From: Octopus vulgaris
Taxonomy: Eukaryota
Length of the DNA stretch: 64,000 nucleotides
Direction: 5' to 3'
Assembly: GCA_951406725.2 (NCBI GenBank)
Contig: OX597817.1
Span: 51,336,001-51,400,000 of the forward strand
Part shown: positions 14,163 through 29,063 of the stretch, piece by piece
Layout: every line of letters starts with the position of its first letter
How positions within the stretch are numbered: position 1 is the first letter of the stretch
The notes under the pieces: model-generated
The model's input: the letters and a program-made list of their open reading frames with translations, nothing else
Database searches by the model: none
Told to the model about the DNA's origin: nothing
Program-made: the position numbers and the translations under genes

Positions 14163-14687
14163 GTGTACACGTAATGTAATGAATTGATCTCTTGTCACTC
14201 CGTTAGAATCAGCCTTGATAAAAAAAAACCTCGATCGAATACCATGTCTACGTGGTCCAAAACACACAAAACATGAAACAAGTCGAATTATTCCACTAGA
14301 ATTCGTGGTCAGTCGTCATGTAACAATGGATGGAATATTCAAGAATATTAAGTCGGAGGAATTTCAAAGAATTTGTTTAGAATCTTGGTATTTTGCATAG
14401 TTATATTTCCCGGCCAGTCAGAATTTGCATCTCTTTCATTCACGGCATTATTACAGTTTCAAAAAAAGCTCCAGGTACTAAGAATGGCGATTCGATAATT
14501 TCACTTCCAGACGTATCGATTTGGACTGGTTAAATTAACTCCATAGCTTCATAACTAGTGCATGAGAGTGTGTGTGTGTGTGTATGTGTGTGTGTGTGTG
14601 TGTGTGTCGTGGATGGTTTTCCACAAAAAATACAAGACTAACTTGGGATTTAACATATTGACGCAAATGCTTAAGGTGTTAAGCAAA

Positions 14688-14702
14688 GTAATAATAATAA
14701 TA

Positions 14703-14746
<44 letters not shown>

Positions 14747-15002
14747 TATTGTATTATTATTATCGTTATTATTATTATTATATTATTATCATTATTATTA
14801 TTATTACTATTATTACTATTATTATTAATATTATTACTATTATTATTATTAATATTATTATTATTACTATTATTATTATTATTACTATTATTATTATTAT
14901 TTCTATTTTTATTATTATTATTATTTCTATTATTATTATTATTATTATTATTTCTATTATTAATATTATTATTATTTCTATTTTTATTATTATTATTATT
15001 TC

Positions 15003-15033
<31 letters not shown>

Positions 15034-15083
15034 TCTATTATTAATATTATTATTATTTCTATTTTTATTATTATTATTATTTC

Positions 15084-15153
<70 letters not shown>
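14688..15153. repeat. (TAT/ATA)n trinucleotide array with higher-order variant units
   Basis: Read directly; source of the polyN and polyI ORFs. Confidence 0.95.
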
Positions 15154-15155
<2 letters not shown>

Positions 15156-15691
15156 GCAGAAAGTTCCGTATATGTATAGACACTTAAACACATTTCTGCT
15201 AAAAATATAGAGACTGTAGATTAGAAAATTACCCCAAGCACCCCTTCGCATAGTTTGTTGGCGACATCTCATAACAAGTACGAAAATAGCTGTAATTCTA
15301 AGCAGTATAACGTTACATAGAACACATAATCATAAATCTACACACGTTCACACACAAAAGCATATGTTCATTGAAAGATCCATACATGATTACATATCTG
15401 CGTACGTACATGTACATATATACACCATCATTTTCTGATTTTATTACAGGCTTAAGACACTAAACTCGCCCATGCTAGTTTAGCGTTGTCTTTAACTTTT
15501 TTTTTTTTTTTCAAATATTTGTTGAATATTTATAACTGAAACCTGATCAATAACTTACTTTGTAGAAACTGATAGTTTCTCTATTAAAACTTCTATAGCT
15601 GGTGGCTTCGGTTTCGTTCTAAGGAGTTTGTCAAACTTTCACTTGACCACTACACTAGAGACCCATATTATAGTTCTGAATTCTCTGGTTA

Positions 15692-15847
15692 AGGAGTGGC
15701 TGTGTGGTAAGTAGCTTGCTTACTAATCACATGGTTCCGGGTTCAGTCCCACTGCGTGGCACCTTGGGCAAGTGTCTTATACTATAGCCTCGGGCCGACC
15801 AAAGCATTGTGAGTGGATTTCGTAGACGGAACCTGAAAAAAGCCCGT

Positions 15848-15849
<2 letters not shown>
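15692..15849 (+). mobile_element. SINE family C, 5' half
   Basis: AGGAGTGGCTGTGTGGTAAG...GGTTCAGTCCC...AAGCCCGTC running into (TA)n. Confidence 0.85.
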
Positions 15850-15919
<70 letters not shown>

Positions 15920-17658
15920 CCCATATTCGCCAATATATACATATACGCATACATATATATACATTCATATAGATAGATAGAGACAGAGAGACAGACAGAT
16001 ACACACACACACACAGTGTCTCACAGAGGTATACCCACCCCTAGAAATTTGTCAGCTTGCTTCGAGACGCGTGCTTTTAGTGATGAATTATATGTGGTTA
16101 TTGATGATTTGAAGTCTATTTCTCGGCATATTTGGCATAGGATTTTTTTCTGTTTTGCTCTAATATGGTCGCAGTCAAATGACTGAAACAAATAAAAGAG
16201 TAAAAGAATACGGGATGTTGTGGCAACTCAAGTCCCAAATTTGGTATTAGAAAGAGTTGTTTATAATTTTCACCTGGCCACTGATAATTTATTTTTTTAA
16301 ATTTTATCCTATATTAGATATATATATATATACACAGATAGATAGACAGATACATACATACATAGTTACAGATACATACATACATAGGTATATACATATA
16401 TACATGCGTGTGTGTGCGTGTGTATAAACACCTATACTGGGAGAGATACTACATAATTTGGGTATTAAAACCGCTTGATTGCAAACGGATGAAAGAAAAC
16501 CCCTATGATTTGTCTATTTCTCCTGTTAAACGTTAATATTCACGGACATTCGTCAACGTCCGTAATTTGTATTCATATCTCTTGAAATATTTAAATCTAT
16601 GCTCATTGCGTTCCACACAGGAAACTCTCCGCAATATTTCTGTATAGGGAAATCTTATGGGAATCTATAGAAAGGATTTATCGTGTAGCCATTGCCATAT
16701 GACGTCATAAATCACCCATCGCCTACAATTCTAACAACTGAGCAAGTATGAACAAACTTCATTTTCTCTCTCACTGGCTGTCTCTCTCTCTCCCTCTCTC
16801 TCTCTCTCTCTCGTTCTTTCTTTCTCACTCTCCTACTCTCCATTTTTCAAATCACTCTCTTTGTTTCGGACGTTACATATCAGTTGAATGTTTGCCTTTG
16901 AAAATTTCACCGAATGAAATGTGACCTATGATATTTAATCTTCCTTTTACTGAAACCTGGTAATTAATCTGCCCATTTACAGAGTACATCACTACTTCAT
17001 ATCTTCCAGTAAATGTCAGCGTTATAATGTATCCTATTCATATCTTTTCCGCCATAACACTTCCTGGCGATATTTATACAAATCCCCTCAATGATCGATA
17101 CTTCCTTTATTTGGCTTCTATATATTAATCACCTTCTTAATGTACAGACACGGTAAACTAGTTTATCAATAGCCTTAATACACCTAGACCCGGTACTGCG
17201 ATGTACACCACTAGCATTCGCCATTTGCCTATCCAAAGCATTTCCATATTTTTGTTCTAAATAAACACGCTTGTTTTCAAACTTTTAGTTAGAACTTGTT
17301 TCATACGTTCTGATTGACAAGAAGTTTCTCCTTCATAAGTCGGAAATTCCACTGAGGGTTGAAAGAATTAGGAATGTGTATCGTATATGATACATGGACT
17401 CCAGGGAAATATGCCTTGTGTATCACATGGATGTGCTTATGCAAAATACTTTGGACACTCAAAGGGTCAATAACGAAAGCGTTAAGTCGTATGAGAATGC
17501 AAAAATCAATTTTGTACAGCGAAAACTGTTAGCAAACGACTACATTCCCTGATAATTGACAGATAACCTGAATCAACGGTCAAGAAATCAAACCTAGTGG
17601 TAAAGGTATTGTTATTAAAGTATCACTTATACTGCCCTAGCGTTCGTTTAAATTGCAG

Positions 17659-17864
17659 TAACTAACGTAATTTCACTAAACCAGTCAATTCAACGGAAAG
17701 AGAACAATCTGAAGGTCTACAAAATGGAAGTTGCTAACTCTACTTTACATCAACAATCACTTCATCTGAAAGATAAGTCTATGAAGCTCTCGATAATGGC
17801 AGTATCTAACTCTACTTCACGTCAAATATCACTTCATCTAGAAGATAATAACATTGAGGACTAG
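17659..17864 (+). other. candidate terminal coding exon with three 24-aa repeats
   Basis: TTGCAG acceptor; open frame TNVISLNQSIQRKENNLKVYKM EVANSTLHQQSLHLKDKSMKLSIM AVSNSTSRQISLHLEDNNIED*; AATAAA near 17985. No recognisable homology. Confidence 0.25.
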
Positions 17865-18467
17865 AAAGTTCGATAGATTTATAACTTAACTTTTCCAAAA
17901 TCTAATGGTCCTGTATTAAATATTGATAAATCCGTAATGTTTAAGCATAAAACTAAAACACAGCTGAGAATTCATTCGACCATGAATAAATATATGCACG
18001 TGCACACAATCAGACACAAGTTCACATCCTAACACCCACGCATTCATGTCTGTGTGTGTATGTGTGTGTACATGTATGTGCCTGCATTATATGTGTTTAT
18101 TATATGTACATATGCATTTATTTATATGTATTTTTATACACACACACACGTGTGTGTATGTGTGTGCATTGATTTAGAAATAATGTATACATTATATATA
18201 TTTGCACGTATAGCCATCTAAATATAATACGTAATGTATGTACACAATTAATAGGCTAGTTGCTGTAGTATTCGTCATGAGATAACATCATCTTTGAATA
18301 TTCTGAGTTAAAAACAAAATAAATATCGAAGTGAGACGAACTTTTGTAGCAATCGCTTATCAATGATATGTATGCATAAAGTACGATACCCAGATAACTA
18401 TTTTGAAAATATACTACTAAGCCAATTGGGTTTTCCAGATGTGTGTGTGTGTGCATGTATGCTCGAG

Positions 18468-18621
18468 TGTGGTTTGGCTATGTGGTAAGAAGCTTGCTTC
18501 CCAAATACATGGTTCCAAGTTCAATCTCACTGCGTGCTACCTTCAGTAACTTCTACTGGAGCCTTGGGCCGATAAAAACCTTGTGACTGGATTTGAAAGA
18601 CGGAAACTAATATATATATAT

Positions 18622-18675
<54 letters not shown>

Positions 18676-18835
18676 CACAGGCGTCGCTGTGTGTTAAGAA
18701 GCCTGATTCCGAGCCACATGGTTCTGGGTTCAGTTCCACTGCGTTACACTTTGCGTAAGTGTCTTCTGCTATAGACTTGGGCCGACCAAAGCCTTGTGAA
18801 TGGATTTGGTAAATGGGATCTGAAAGAAAACCGTC

Positions 18836-18883
<48 letters not shown>

Positions 18884-18980
18884 GTGTTTATGTGTATTTA
18901 TGTATATATATGTGTATGTTTGCGTGTTTGTGTATCTGTGCTTGTACCCCCCCCACCACCAACCATCTCTTAACAACAGA
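18468..18980 (+). mobile_element. two tandem SINE family C 5' halves
   Basis: Heads at about 18468 and 18672, each ending in (TA)n. Confidence 0.75.
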
Positions 18981-18991
18981 TTAATAATAAT

Positions 18992-19202
18992 CCTTTCTAA
19001 TATAGGCTCAAGGCCTGAAATTTGAGGGTGGGGTAAGTCGATTTTATCGACCCTGGTACACAACTGGTATTTAATTTATCGACTCTGAAAAGATGAAAGT
19101 CAAGTCGACCTCGGTGAGATTTGAACTCAGAACTTAGCAACAGACGAACTGCCGCTCAGCATTTCGCTCGATGCACTAAAGATTCTGCCAGCTCACCGCC
19201 TT
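18992..19202 (-). mobile_element. SINE family B monomer
   Basis: rc of the family B head and core, next to (TAA)n. Confidence 0.8.
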
Positions 19203-19212
19203 AATAATAATG

Positions 19213-19278
<66 letters not shown>

Positions 19279-19556
19279 GTAATAAGGAAGAGGAGGAGGA
19301 AGGTTCCTTTCCTTTTCACACTTGTTGGGGCTGGACTCCACGAACAAGTGATGAGATATTGTCCTTCTCATCAATCAGATAAGACCGTAATTTTTGTTTG
19401 AATAACAAAAAGAATCATCGATACGTAACTTCGCTCTTCTTGCGTTCATGGAGAATACAAAAAAAAATAATAATAATAATAAAATCCTGCTTAGACAATG
19501 TCTTTTCTCGATCACAAAACTTCTGCTGAACATCCTTCTGGACCAGTTGAAATATA

Positions 19557-19978
19557 TACTCTTACTCTTTTACTCTTTTACTTGTTTCAGTCATTTGACT
19601 GCGGCCATGCTGGAGCCCTGCCTTTAGTCGAGCAAATCGACCCCGGAACTTATTCTTTGTAAGCCCAGTACTTATTCTATCGGTCTCTTTTGCCGAACCG
19701 CTGAGTGACGGGGACGTAAACACACCAGCATCTGTTGTAAAGCGATGTTGGGGGACAATCACAGACGCACAAACATACACACACATACATACATATATAT
19801 ATATATACATATATACGACAGGCTTCTTTCAGTTTCCGTCTACCAAATCCACTCACAAGGCATTGGTCGGCCCGGGGCTATAGCAGAAGACACTTGCCCA
19901 AGATGCCACGCAGTGGGACTGAACCCGGAACCATGTGGTTGGTTAAAGCTACTTACCACACAGCCACTCCTGCGCCTA
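19557..19978 (-). mobile_element. SINE family C, full length
   Basis: Both halves present, with a (TACTCTTT)n tail on the plus strand. Confidence 0.9.
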
Positions 19979-20486
19979 TATCAGCGAACTCGATTTCTTG
20001 TTAGCCGCATTGATCAATGGGAAACTTCTATTTTTTCTTTGCGCTCTCCATTTGGCGAATAGTGTATATACGATATATTTGTTTGTTCTTATTTATTACG
20101 GGAAACGTAATATAATTGCTTTCCGTCAAAAAACACAGCATTATTTTTTGTCCTTGTCAATTATTTACGTTCTGTTGCGCAATTAACTTCGTTTTCATTC
20201 TCTTTTGTTACTGACAGTAAATAATGTGTTTCTGTTTGTTCTTGCTTTGAGAATTGTGCGTTTATAATAACATACGATTACTATTGTTGCCACCACTTCT
20301 ACACGTTTCTGTATTAGAGCAAGCCATCTTGTTATTCTAGTAACAATGCATACAAAGAAAACCAACATCCTTAAGTAAAACGGCATTATAAAATTGTTCC
20401 TCTCTAAAATATTCCAGAAAGCTCTTGACGTTCCAGTTCATGCTGAAGATAAGGGTTTAGTCTTATCAGCTAAATAAAGCTTAGTA

Positions 20487-20887
20487 TACTCTTTTACTCG
20501 TTTACTTGTTTCAGTCATTTGACTGCGTCCATGCTGGAGCACCGACTTTGGTCGAGCAAGTCAACCCCAGGACTTATTCTTTGGAAGCCTAGTACTTACT
20601 CTATCAGTCCCTTTTGCCGAACCGCTAAGTGAGGGGGTCGTAAACACACCAGCAGCGGTTGTCAAGCGATGCTCGGGGAACAAACACAGACACACAAACA
20701 CATACACACTTATATACATATGTACGACAGTCTTCTTTTCAGTTTCCATCTACCAAAACCACTCACAAGGCTTTGGTCAGCCCGAGGCTATAGTTGAAGA
20801 CATTTGCCCAAGGTGCCATGCAGTGGGTCTGAACCCGGAACCATGCAGCTGGTAAGCAAGCTACTTACCATACAGCCACTCCAGCGC

Positions 20888-20890
<3 letters not shown>
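20487..20890 (-). mobile_element. SINE family C, full length
   Basis: Both halves present, with a short internal microsatellite. Confidence 0.88.
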
Positions 20891-20946
<56 letters not shown>

Positions 20947-20948
<2 letters not shown>

Positions 20949-21354
20949 GGTGAGCAGACCAACGTACCCGATCCCTGATCGAAAGGGGGACTTGAGCAAC
21001 GTGAAGTGAAGTGTTTTGCTCAAGATCACAACGCGCCGCCCGGTCTAGCGATCGTGAGTGCGAGAGCCTAACCACTAGGCCATGCGCCTTCACCCCAGTA
21101 TATATGAGAGCCTAACCACTAGGCCACGTGCCTTCACGCACTCACGATCGCTAGACCGGGAGGCGCGTTGTGATCTTGAGCAAAACACTTCACTTCACGT
21201 TGCTCAAGTCCCCCTTTCGAGGGATCGGGTACGTTGGCCTGCTCACCTATTCAGCGCGGTGGCGTCATTTGATGACTGAAACGGTACAAAACGTATTGTG
21301 ACCAGCAATCTGTAACAACATCAGGATAGTCTGGTCGGTAACGTGACCACGTGA
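20947..21354. mobile_element. rearranged tRNA-SINE forming a fold-back with ~115-bp arms
   Basis: 20947-21061 is the rc of 21137-21250; a ~30-bp head piece is duplicated in the spacer; the SINE tail continues to CACGTGA at about 21354. Confidence 0.85.
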
Positions 21355-22757
21355 TATATATATAATGCGTAGCGGCATTTCGGGCATCTTCACCTCCTGA
21401 GTTCGAATTTCGCTGAAGTAAACTTTGCTTTCAATCGTTCACGGTCGATGAAATACGTACCAGTTGATCACTGGAATCGATATAAATCGATTTGCCTCTT
21501 TCTTCGGAATGACAAGCCTTGTGCCAAAATCTGACGCCAATATATTAAGGAAGCGTTTCAAAAAATGTGCAAATCCACAGACCTGGAAGAAAGCGATAGG
21601 AAATTAAATCGACTCAAGTACTTCACTAATACATCACTTTATTTATCCTGGTTATACGAATGGGAAAGTTCACCTTGGTGGGACTTGAACTCCGAAAATA
21701 AAGTTATGCAGCTGAACACCGCATGGTATTTTGTTTGACACTATAATGCTAGCCTATAATCCTTTCGCTAAATAGTTTTTCCGAACTTTTAGCACAAGGC
21801 CAGCAATTTCAGAGAGAGGAGAAAACTCGATTACATTGATCCCCAGTACATGACTAGTAATCTATTTTATCAATACCGAAGAATGAACGGCAAATTTGGC
21901 GTCGTCGCCATTTGAACTCCGAATATAATCGCCAGAAGAAATGGCGCTGCGCATTTTGTCCCATGCATTAACGTGTCTGTCAGTTCGTAGTTTTCGTTTA
22001 GCTAAATAATAACAAGCACTACAACAAAAATATACTAAAGATTCATTCCATAATTGACTATAAAATATCAGCTGAGTTGAGAAAAACTGGTTAATTAGAT
22101 TTTATTTGTTATTACTGACGTTAGCAGTGATAATCTGGACGTGTTAACACTGATGGTTATTCACAAGTTTATGATTGATGCTGACAGGTTTAATTTGTCT
22201 ATAATGATTATTTAGATTATTTAGATGATAAACGCAGTGCTCTTAGATAACGATGGTTTTAAGAACTTGTAGAAGCTCTGCGCGTATTGGTAATAACTGC
22301 ATTGTAGACCGTAACGCGGATAATAATGATATACTATTATAGCTTATTTTGTGGCTGTGATTGTAGTAACTTCGGCTTCGTTTACTTGTAAATGTGTAAT
22401 TATTCACAGACTTAGTATCTGTGCATTTGGTATAGTACACGTAGCCTCTTTACTATCTTTAATCATTTGCGTGTTTCAGTCATTGGAATGCAATTGTGCT
22501 GAAGCGTTATCTTGAAGGGTTTTAGTCCAACAAATCGCCCGCTGGTAATTATTATTTTAAAGTCTAATACTTATTGTATTGCTCTCGTTTTATCGGGGCC
22601 AAACTGCAAGCAAACCAACATAGGTTATCAAGGGGTCAACGAAGACAAACACAGACACATATACACGCCCATATATTTCAAAAATCTAACTACACGTGCA
22701 ATGTTGGCAATTATTTCCCTCCTTCTTCTTTTCATTTTGGACTTTCCTATAGCTCCT

Positions 22758-22792
22758 GTTTCCGAAGAGGAGCTATGATCGAAACGTAAAAC
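22758..22792 (+). ncRNA. degenerate minimal hammerhead motif
   Basis: GTTT-CCGAAGA-G-GAGC-TAT-GATC-GAAACGT-A-AAAC; one core mismatch (U4 to C) and one stem II mismatch. Confidence 0.45.
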
Positions 22793-22899
22793 AACCACTC
22801 TTTCTTTCCTTTTCCGCATATCACATTGCGAACAATGGCATCTAGTTTTATTATGCATCCCTATTTCTTTACATACTGTGCATCTTTTTTAAGCATTTG

Positions 22900-24425
22900 T
22901 CTTCTTGGCGGTGGGGGTAAACAGTCGTGGAGAATGTCCGCATCCCTTCACCATGCGGCGAGAGAGAAAGTCCGGCGTGGGGACATTCACGCGTTTTGTA
23001 CTTTGGCAGGTCTGATGCTGCTTTCATTTCACGGAACAATAGATTCCTCAACGTCAATCCATCCCCCACCCCGCCAAGCATCTGCCAAAGCAAATGTAAA
23101 TTCACGACACACATGTCAATTATATACAAAAAAAATAATGTTTGTACCATTTCACACATTTTGTCACCCATTTGTGTGCCGTCGCCAGCTCATGTGAGCG
23201 ATCGAACCCACCTATCCCTTCATTGTATAAAACAATTACACTCGGCTTCATTATGGCATTACCGTCTGCATCTTGTTTCCTAGTGTCCTTCATGCTTGCA
23301 GAACGCATTGTGGATAGCATGTAAATCTTTTTCCTTGTCACGCCACACTAGAAGGAGAAAGCATCGGTCCGCTATTTCCCCCTTTCGAAGTTTTATCTTG
23401 TGTTTTCCTTGTGCGTCTTCACAGTCCCACAGGCATTAGTCTTCCTCGCCTGCAGCTTCAGGAAGTGGTCTCAACTGGAAAACCAGTTATCAATATAAAT
23501 ATTGAAGCCTTTGTCAAACAAGTTTTCATTCAGCAACAACATATCATCAGTTGATGCTGGTGTAGACGCTAGAAGATCCAATCTGTCCTCACCATTGTAG
23601 ATTTTGTAATTCCACATATAGCCACGGGCTCTACCAGTTGACTAGCATACATTGTAGGCCTTGACTCCAAAGCGGGCACGTTTGGTCGGGTTGTATTGTT
23701 TGAATCGGAGCCTTCCCTCGAATTTCCACAAATTTTCGTCCGTACGAAAGCCTTGTGTGAGGACAAACACCGTGCTAAAATTTTCAGCCATTTCGTCAAC
23801 GATAAATCGTATTTTGTGCAGCCTGTTTTCCTGGTTCTCGCCTGAGTTGAAATAAAGATTTCGAAAAAGCGTGAAAAATAATCAACCAAGTGACATCGTT
23901 TCCGGCCTACCAGGCATACCACTAAACTCATGCCGTCGGACGAAATTGTCTCTCGCTCGCCACCCGAGATTCTGTTGTCCAGGGCTATTCTCTACTACCC
24001 ACCTGTCCCTTTGATTCCCCGGAATATCATCATCGCTATCGGAATCATCTGATTCTGAACTAGGAAAATACTCATTCTCTGTGTCGTAGTTCGGACCGGA
24101 AGAAACACCTGGTGAGAAAGGGGAGCTTGGTCTAGCTTGGCGCGGCGACTCTAAACTCGACGGCGAAGTTGACGGAGTTAGAGTGGTAGGGGGCAACGAC
24201 CTTATATTCAACAAAACAGGATGCGACGGCGGAGTTGACAGAGCCGGAGACAAACGACAAATCTATCTGGTTTATAAATATTTACATGAAGCATCTAATC
24301 GGCCAGTCAGTTGGCAGGTGGACCGGTACTGACTCAGGCGACAGGTTCTAAGTCAGGCAGCGTATAATTACGTCGACCTGTTTAAAACATGTACATTGTG
24401 TACGTCAACCGTTTAAAAGGGATCA
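22900..24425 (-). mobile_element. degenerate piggyBac transposon (transposase pseudogene)
   Basis: Minus-strand fragments: acidic N-terminus SSESDDSDSDDD, ENRLHKIRFIVDEM, LWKFEGRLRFKQYNPTKRARFGVK, GFNIYIDNWFSS, KKIYMLSTM, KPSVIVLYNEGIGGFDRS, KWYK. These are piggyBac DDD-transposase motifs. A CCCTTT-starting end lies near 24420. Many stops and frameshifts. Confidence 0.88.
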
Positions 24426-25006
24426 AATAAATATCTTCACCGCTGATACCTCCTAACATTACATGGCTTATTTATTCCTCAAGAAATAATTTCAGCCATC
24501 GGATCTTCTGGATCTAATTTGCATGGAACTCTGCATTATACTCCTCTCTATTAGATTACTGTGTCGTTTGTTAGCTGAGTCCGTTAGAAGAGCTTGCTGT
24601 GATAGCCACACGATTCTACTAATCCTTAACTACAAATTTATAAGTTGCTACGTAAGCATGTATATCCTATCCACTTATAAATCAGTGACGCCATTTGTTA
24701 TTAATAACTTCGGGAGCACACATTGATCCTCTATAGCATTGGTGAGTTTCATTTGAATTATCACTCTATATATCACTGGGAAGCTACTTATTAGTTTAGA
24801 AGTAAATCGTTTTTATGTCTTTCGAAATAAACGTTGCTAAAATCGTTATTAATAGAACCACGTCTTGTATGGATTTCTTATAACCAGTTACACTTCATTA
24901 TGAATTGGTGCGATTCCAATTCCTGGCGTCTATACATATATGAAATTATATATTACAATCTCATTTACATCAGAACCTCCTGTTGCATAATATAAATTTC
25001 AAAATA

Positions 25007-25056
<50 letters not shown>

Positions 25057-25100
25057 GCATATATACACACATACATACAAAACATACATACACATATACA

Positions 25101-25138
<38 letters not shown>

Positions 25139-25145
<7 letters not shown>

Positions 25146-25400
25146 ATCACGTGACCGACCAGACCATCAGATGTTGTTACACATCGCTGGTCACAATGCG
25201 CTTCGCATTGTTTTAACCTCCGAATGACGTCACCCCGCTGGCTAAGCGAGCAGGCCAACGGAAGAAACAGTGAGAGAAAGATTGGTGAAAGAGAACAGCA
25301 GGGATCCCCACCCCCTGCCGGAGCTTCGTGGAATTTTTTTAGGTGTTTTCGCTCAATAAACACTCACAACGCCCGGTCTGGGAATCGAAACCGCGATCCT
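25139..25400 (-). mobile_element. SINE family A, short form, 5'-truncated
   Basis: rc matches 8880-9122. Confidence 0.85.
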
Positions 25401-25807
25401 ACTCTTTCTGTTAGCTACTTATGACGTTATATCATATAACGTTTTTTTAAACAATATTAATAGCGTTCTGTCTATCGCTATACGAATCCATCATTTTTTG
25501 CTAAAATGTCGTATTGACAAGTTTCGTTTTTTCACTTTCCCGAAGAGAAGATTGCATTGTTTATACCTTTTATTCTTTTGAATAAGTATCAGTGGAATTT
25601 TCGAAACATATGTAGAAAGTAAAAATACTTGTTTAAACCTGCGTTAACTCCATTTTTTATTCATATTATTCAAATATTCAATGTAAACACGAAGTTTCAA
25701 CCTTTATAAACAAGTAGTTACAACATCTTTACTTGTGAGATTTTTGCTGCCCTGGTAACTATTCATTCATTTATCCGTGTTAATTGTTAACAAGGTAAAA
25801 TACACTC

Positions 25808-25846
<39 letters not shown>

Positions 25847-25858
25847 CACTAGTTATTA

Positions 25859-27538
<1,680 letters not shown>

Positions 27539-29063
27539 GGCGTATTTCTCGTGTTTTTGGATCCGAGACAATGGTGCATACCCTTTTAGCTAAATTGAAA
27601 GGGATATTTGTCTTGGTGTGTTTTGGGTGGCATGAACTAAAGAGGAGGTATTGTTGTGAGTCTGTAGGTTTGTGGTAGATGTCTGTTATGATTTGGTTCT
27701 TAGGTGTTTTTATAATTAGGAGATCAAGGAATGGGAGATGATGTTTGCTTAATTCCATAGTGAATTGGATGTTGGGATGTATGTTGTTTAGTATGGTTTT
27801 GAATTCCAGGAGTTTTTCATAAGGTTCTTTCCATATGATGAAACAATCATCTAAATACCTTTTCCAGTTTTCCATTAGGTAGGTGTGGAAAACATGTCCA
27901 AATTTCTGGCTTGATATTTCATAGAGTGACAGTTCGAAGTAACCCATTATGAGGTTCGCAAGGACTGGTGCAGCCTTGGTACCCATCGCAATGCCACATT
28001 TTTGACGGTAGTGTGTGTCGTCGAAGAGAAAAAATTGTTTGTCAGAATGAACTTAAGAGATTCTGTAATAAAAGACTTGTTAATGCGGTCAGGGAATGTC
28101 TCTGGGTGTTTTTCTAGCCAGAAGTCAATTGCCTCTATACCATACTCATGTGGAATGTTGGTGTAGAGGTTGATGACATCAAAGGATACCAGGAGTGCCT
28201 CCTCGTTAACTGTTTTCGGGAGGTGTTTGAGCATGTCCAGATCATCCCTAATGAAACTTTTGATGTGGGTAAGGAAAGGTTTCAAAAGGATGTCTAGGAA
28301 GTTACTCAGGCGGTGTGTTTCACAGGAGGTACCAGCCACGATGGGCCTTAGTTTTAGGTCCTCCGGTGCTTTGATGTTGATGTGGATGTCAGTGGAGAGT
28401 TTGCAGGCTTCGGTGATGTATTTGTTTTTATGGATTTTAGGAAGGCCATAAAAAAGGCTGGGCTTGCATTTGAAAATGGTGATATAATCCCTTTCCTTTT
28501 CTGTGAGTCCTTGACCGTGTTGGCGTATGAGTGTGGTGAGGTTTCTGATTGTTTTTTGCTGTTTGTAGTTGTTAATAACCTCATAGAAAATGTTATTGTT
28601 AAGCATGGAGAACACTAGGTGTTTATAAAATTCCGTGTCCATAAGGACCACAGCACTCCCTTTGTCCGCTTCTTTGATGGTGAGGTTTTTATCCAGTTGT
28701 ATGTCACGTAGGTTTTCCCATTCTTCCTTACTGAAATTGGATTTTACCTTGGTTTTGCTTGGGGTAAAGGGGAGACTCTGGATGTGTTTACAGAAATCGT
28801 CCAGTGTTTTATTTCTCCCTTTTGGTGGTAGGAAGTTGCTTTTATTTCTGATCAATGAGTCGTCCCCATTGTTGATATCTGTCAAAGCTTCTGTTAGGCG
28901 AAGTTTTCTGCAGAATTCAGAAACGTCATCCTTGACCTCCGGGGGTTGGGTGTTCTTGGGGTGGGTGTGAATTTCAAACCTCTTGCTAGGATGTTGATTT
29001 GGGTTGGTGTCAGTGTTTTGCTGGAGAGGTTTATAATTTTTGTTTTCTTATTTTGGGTCTGTG

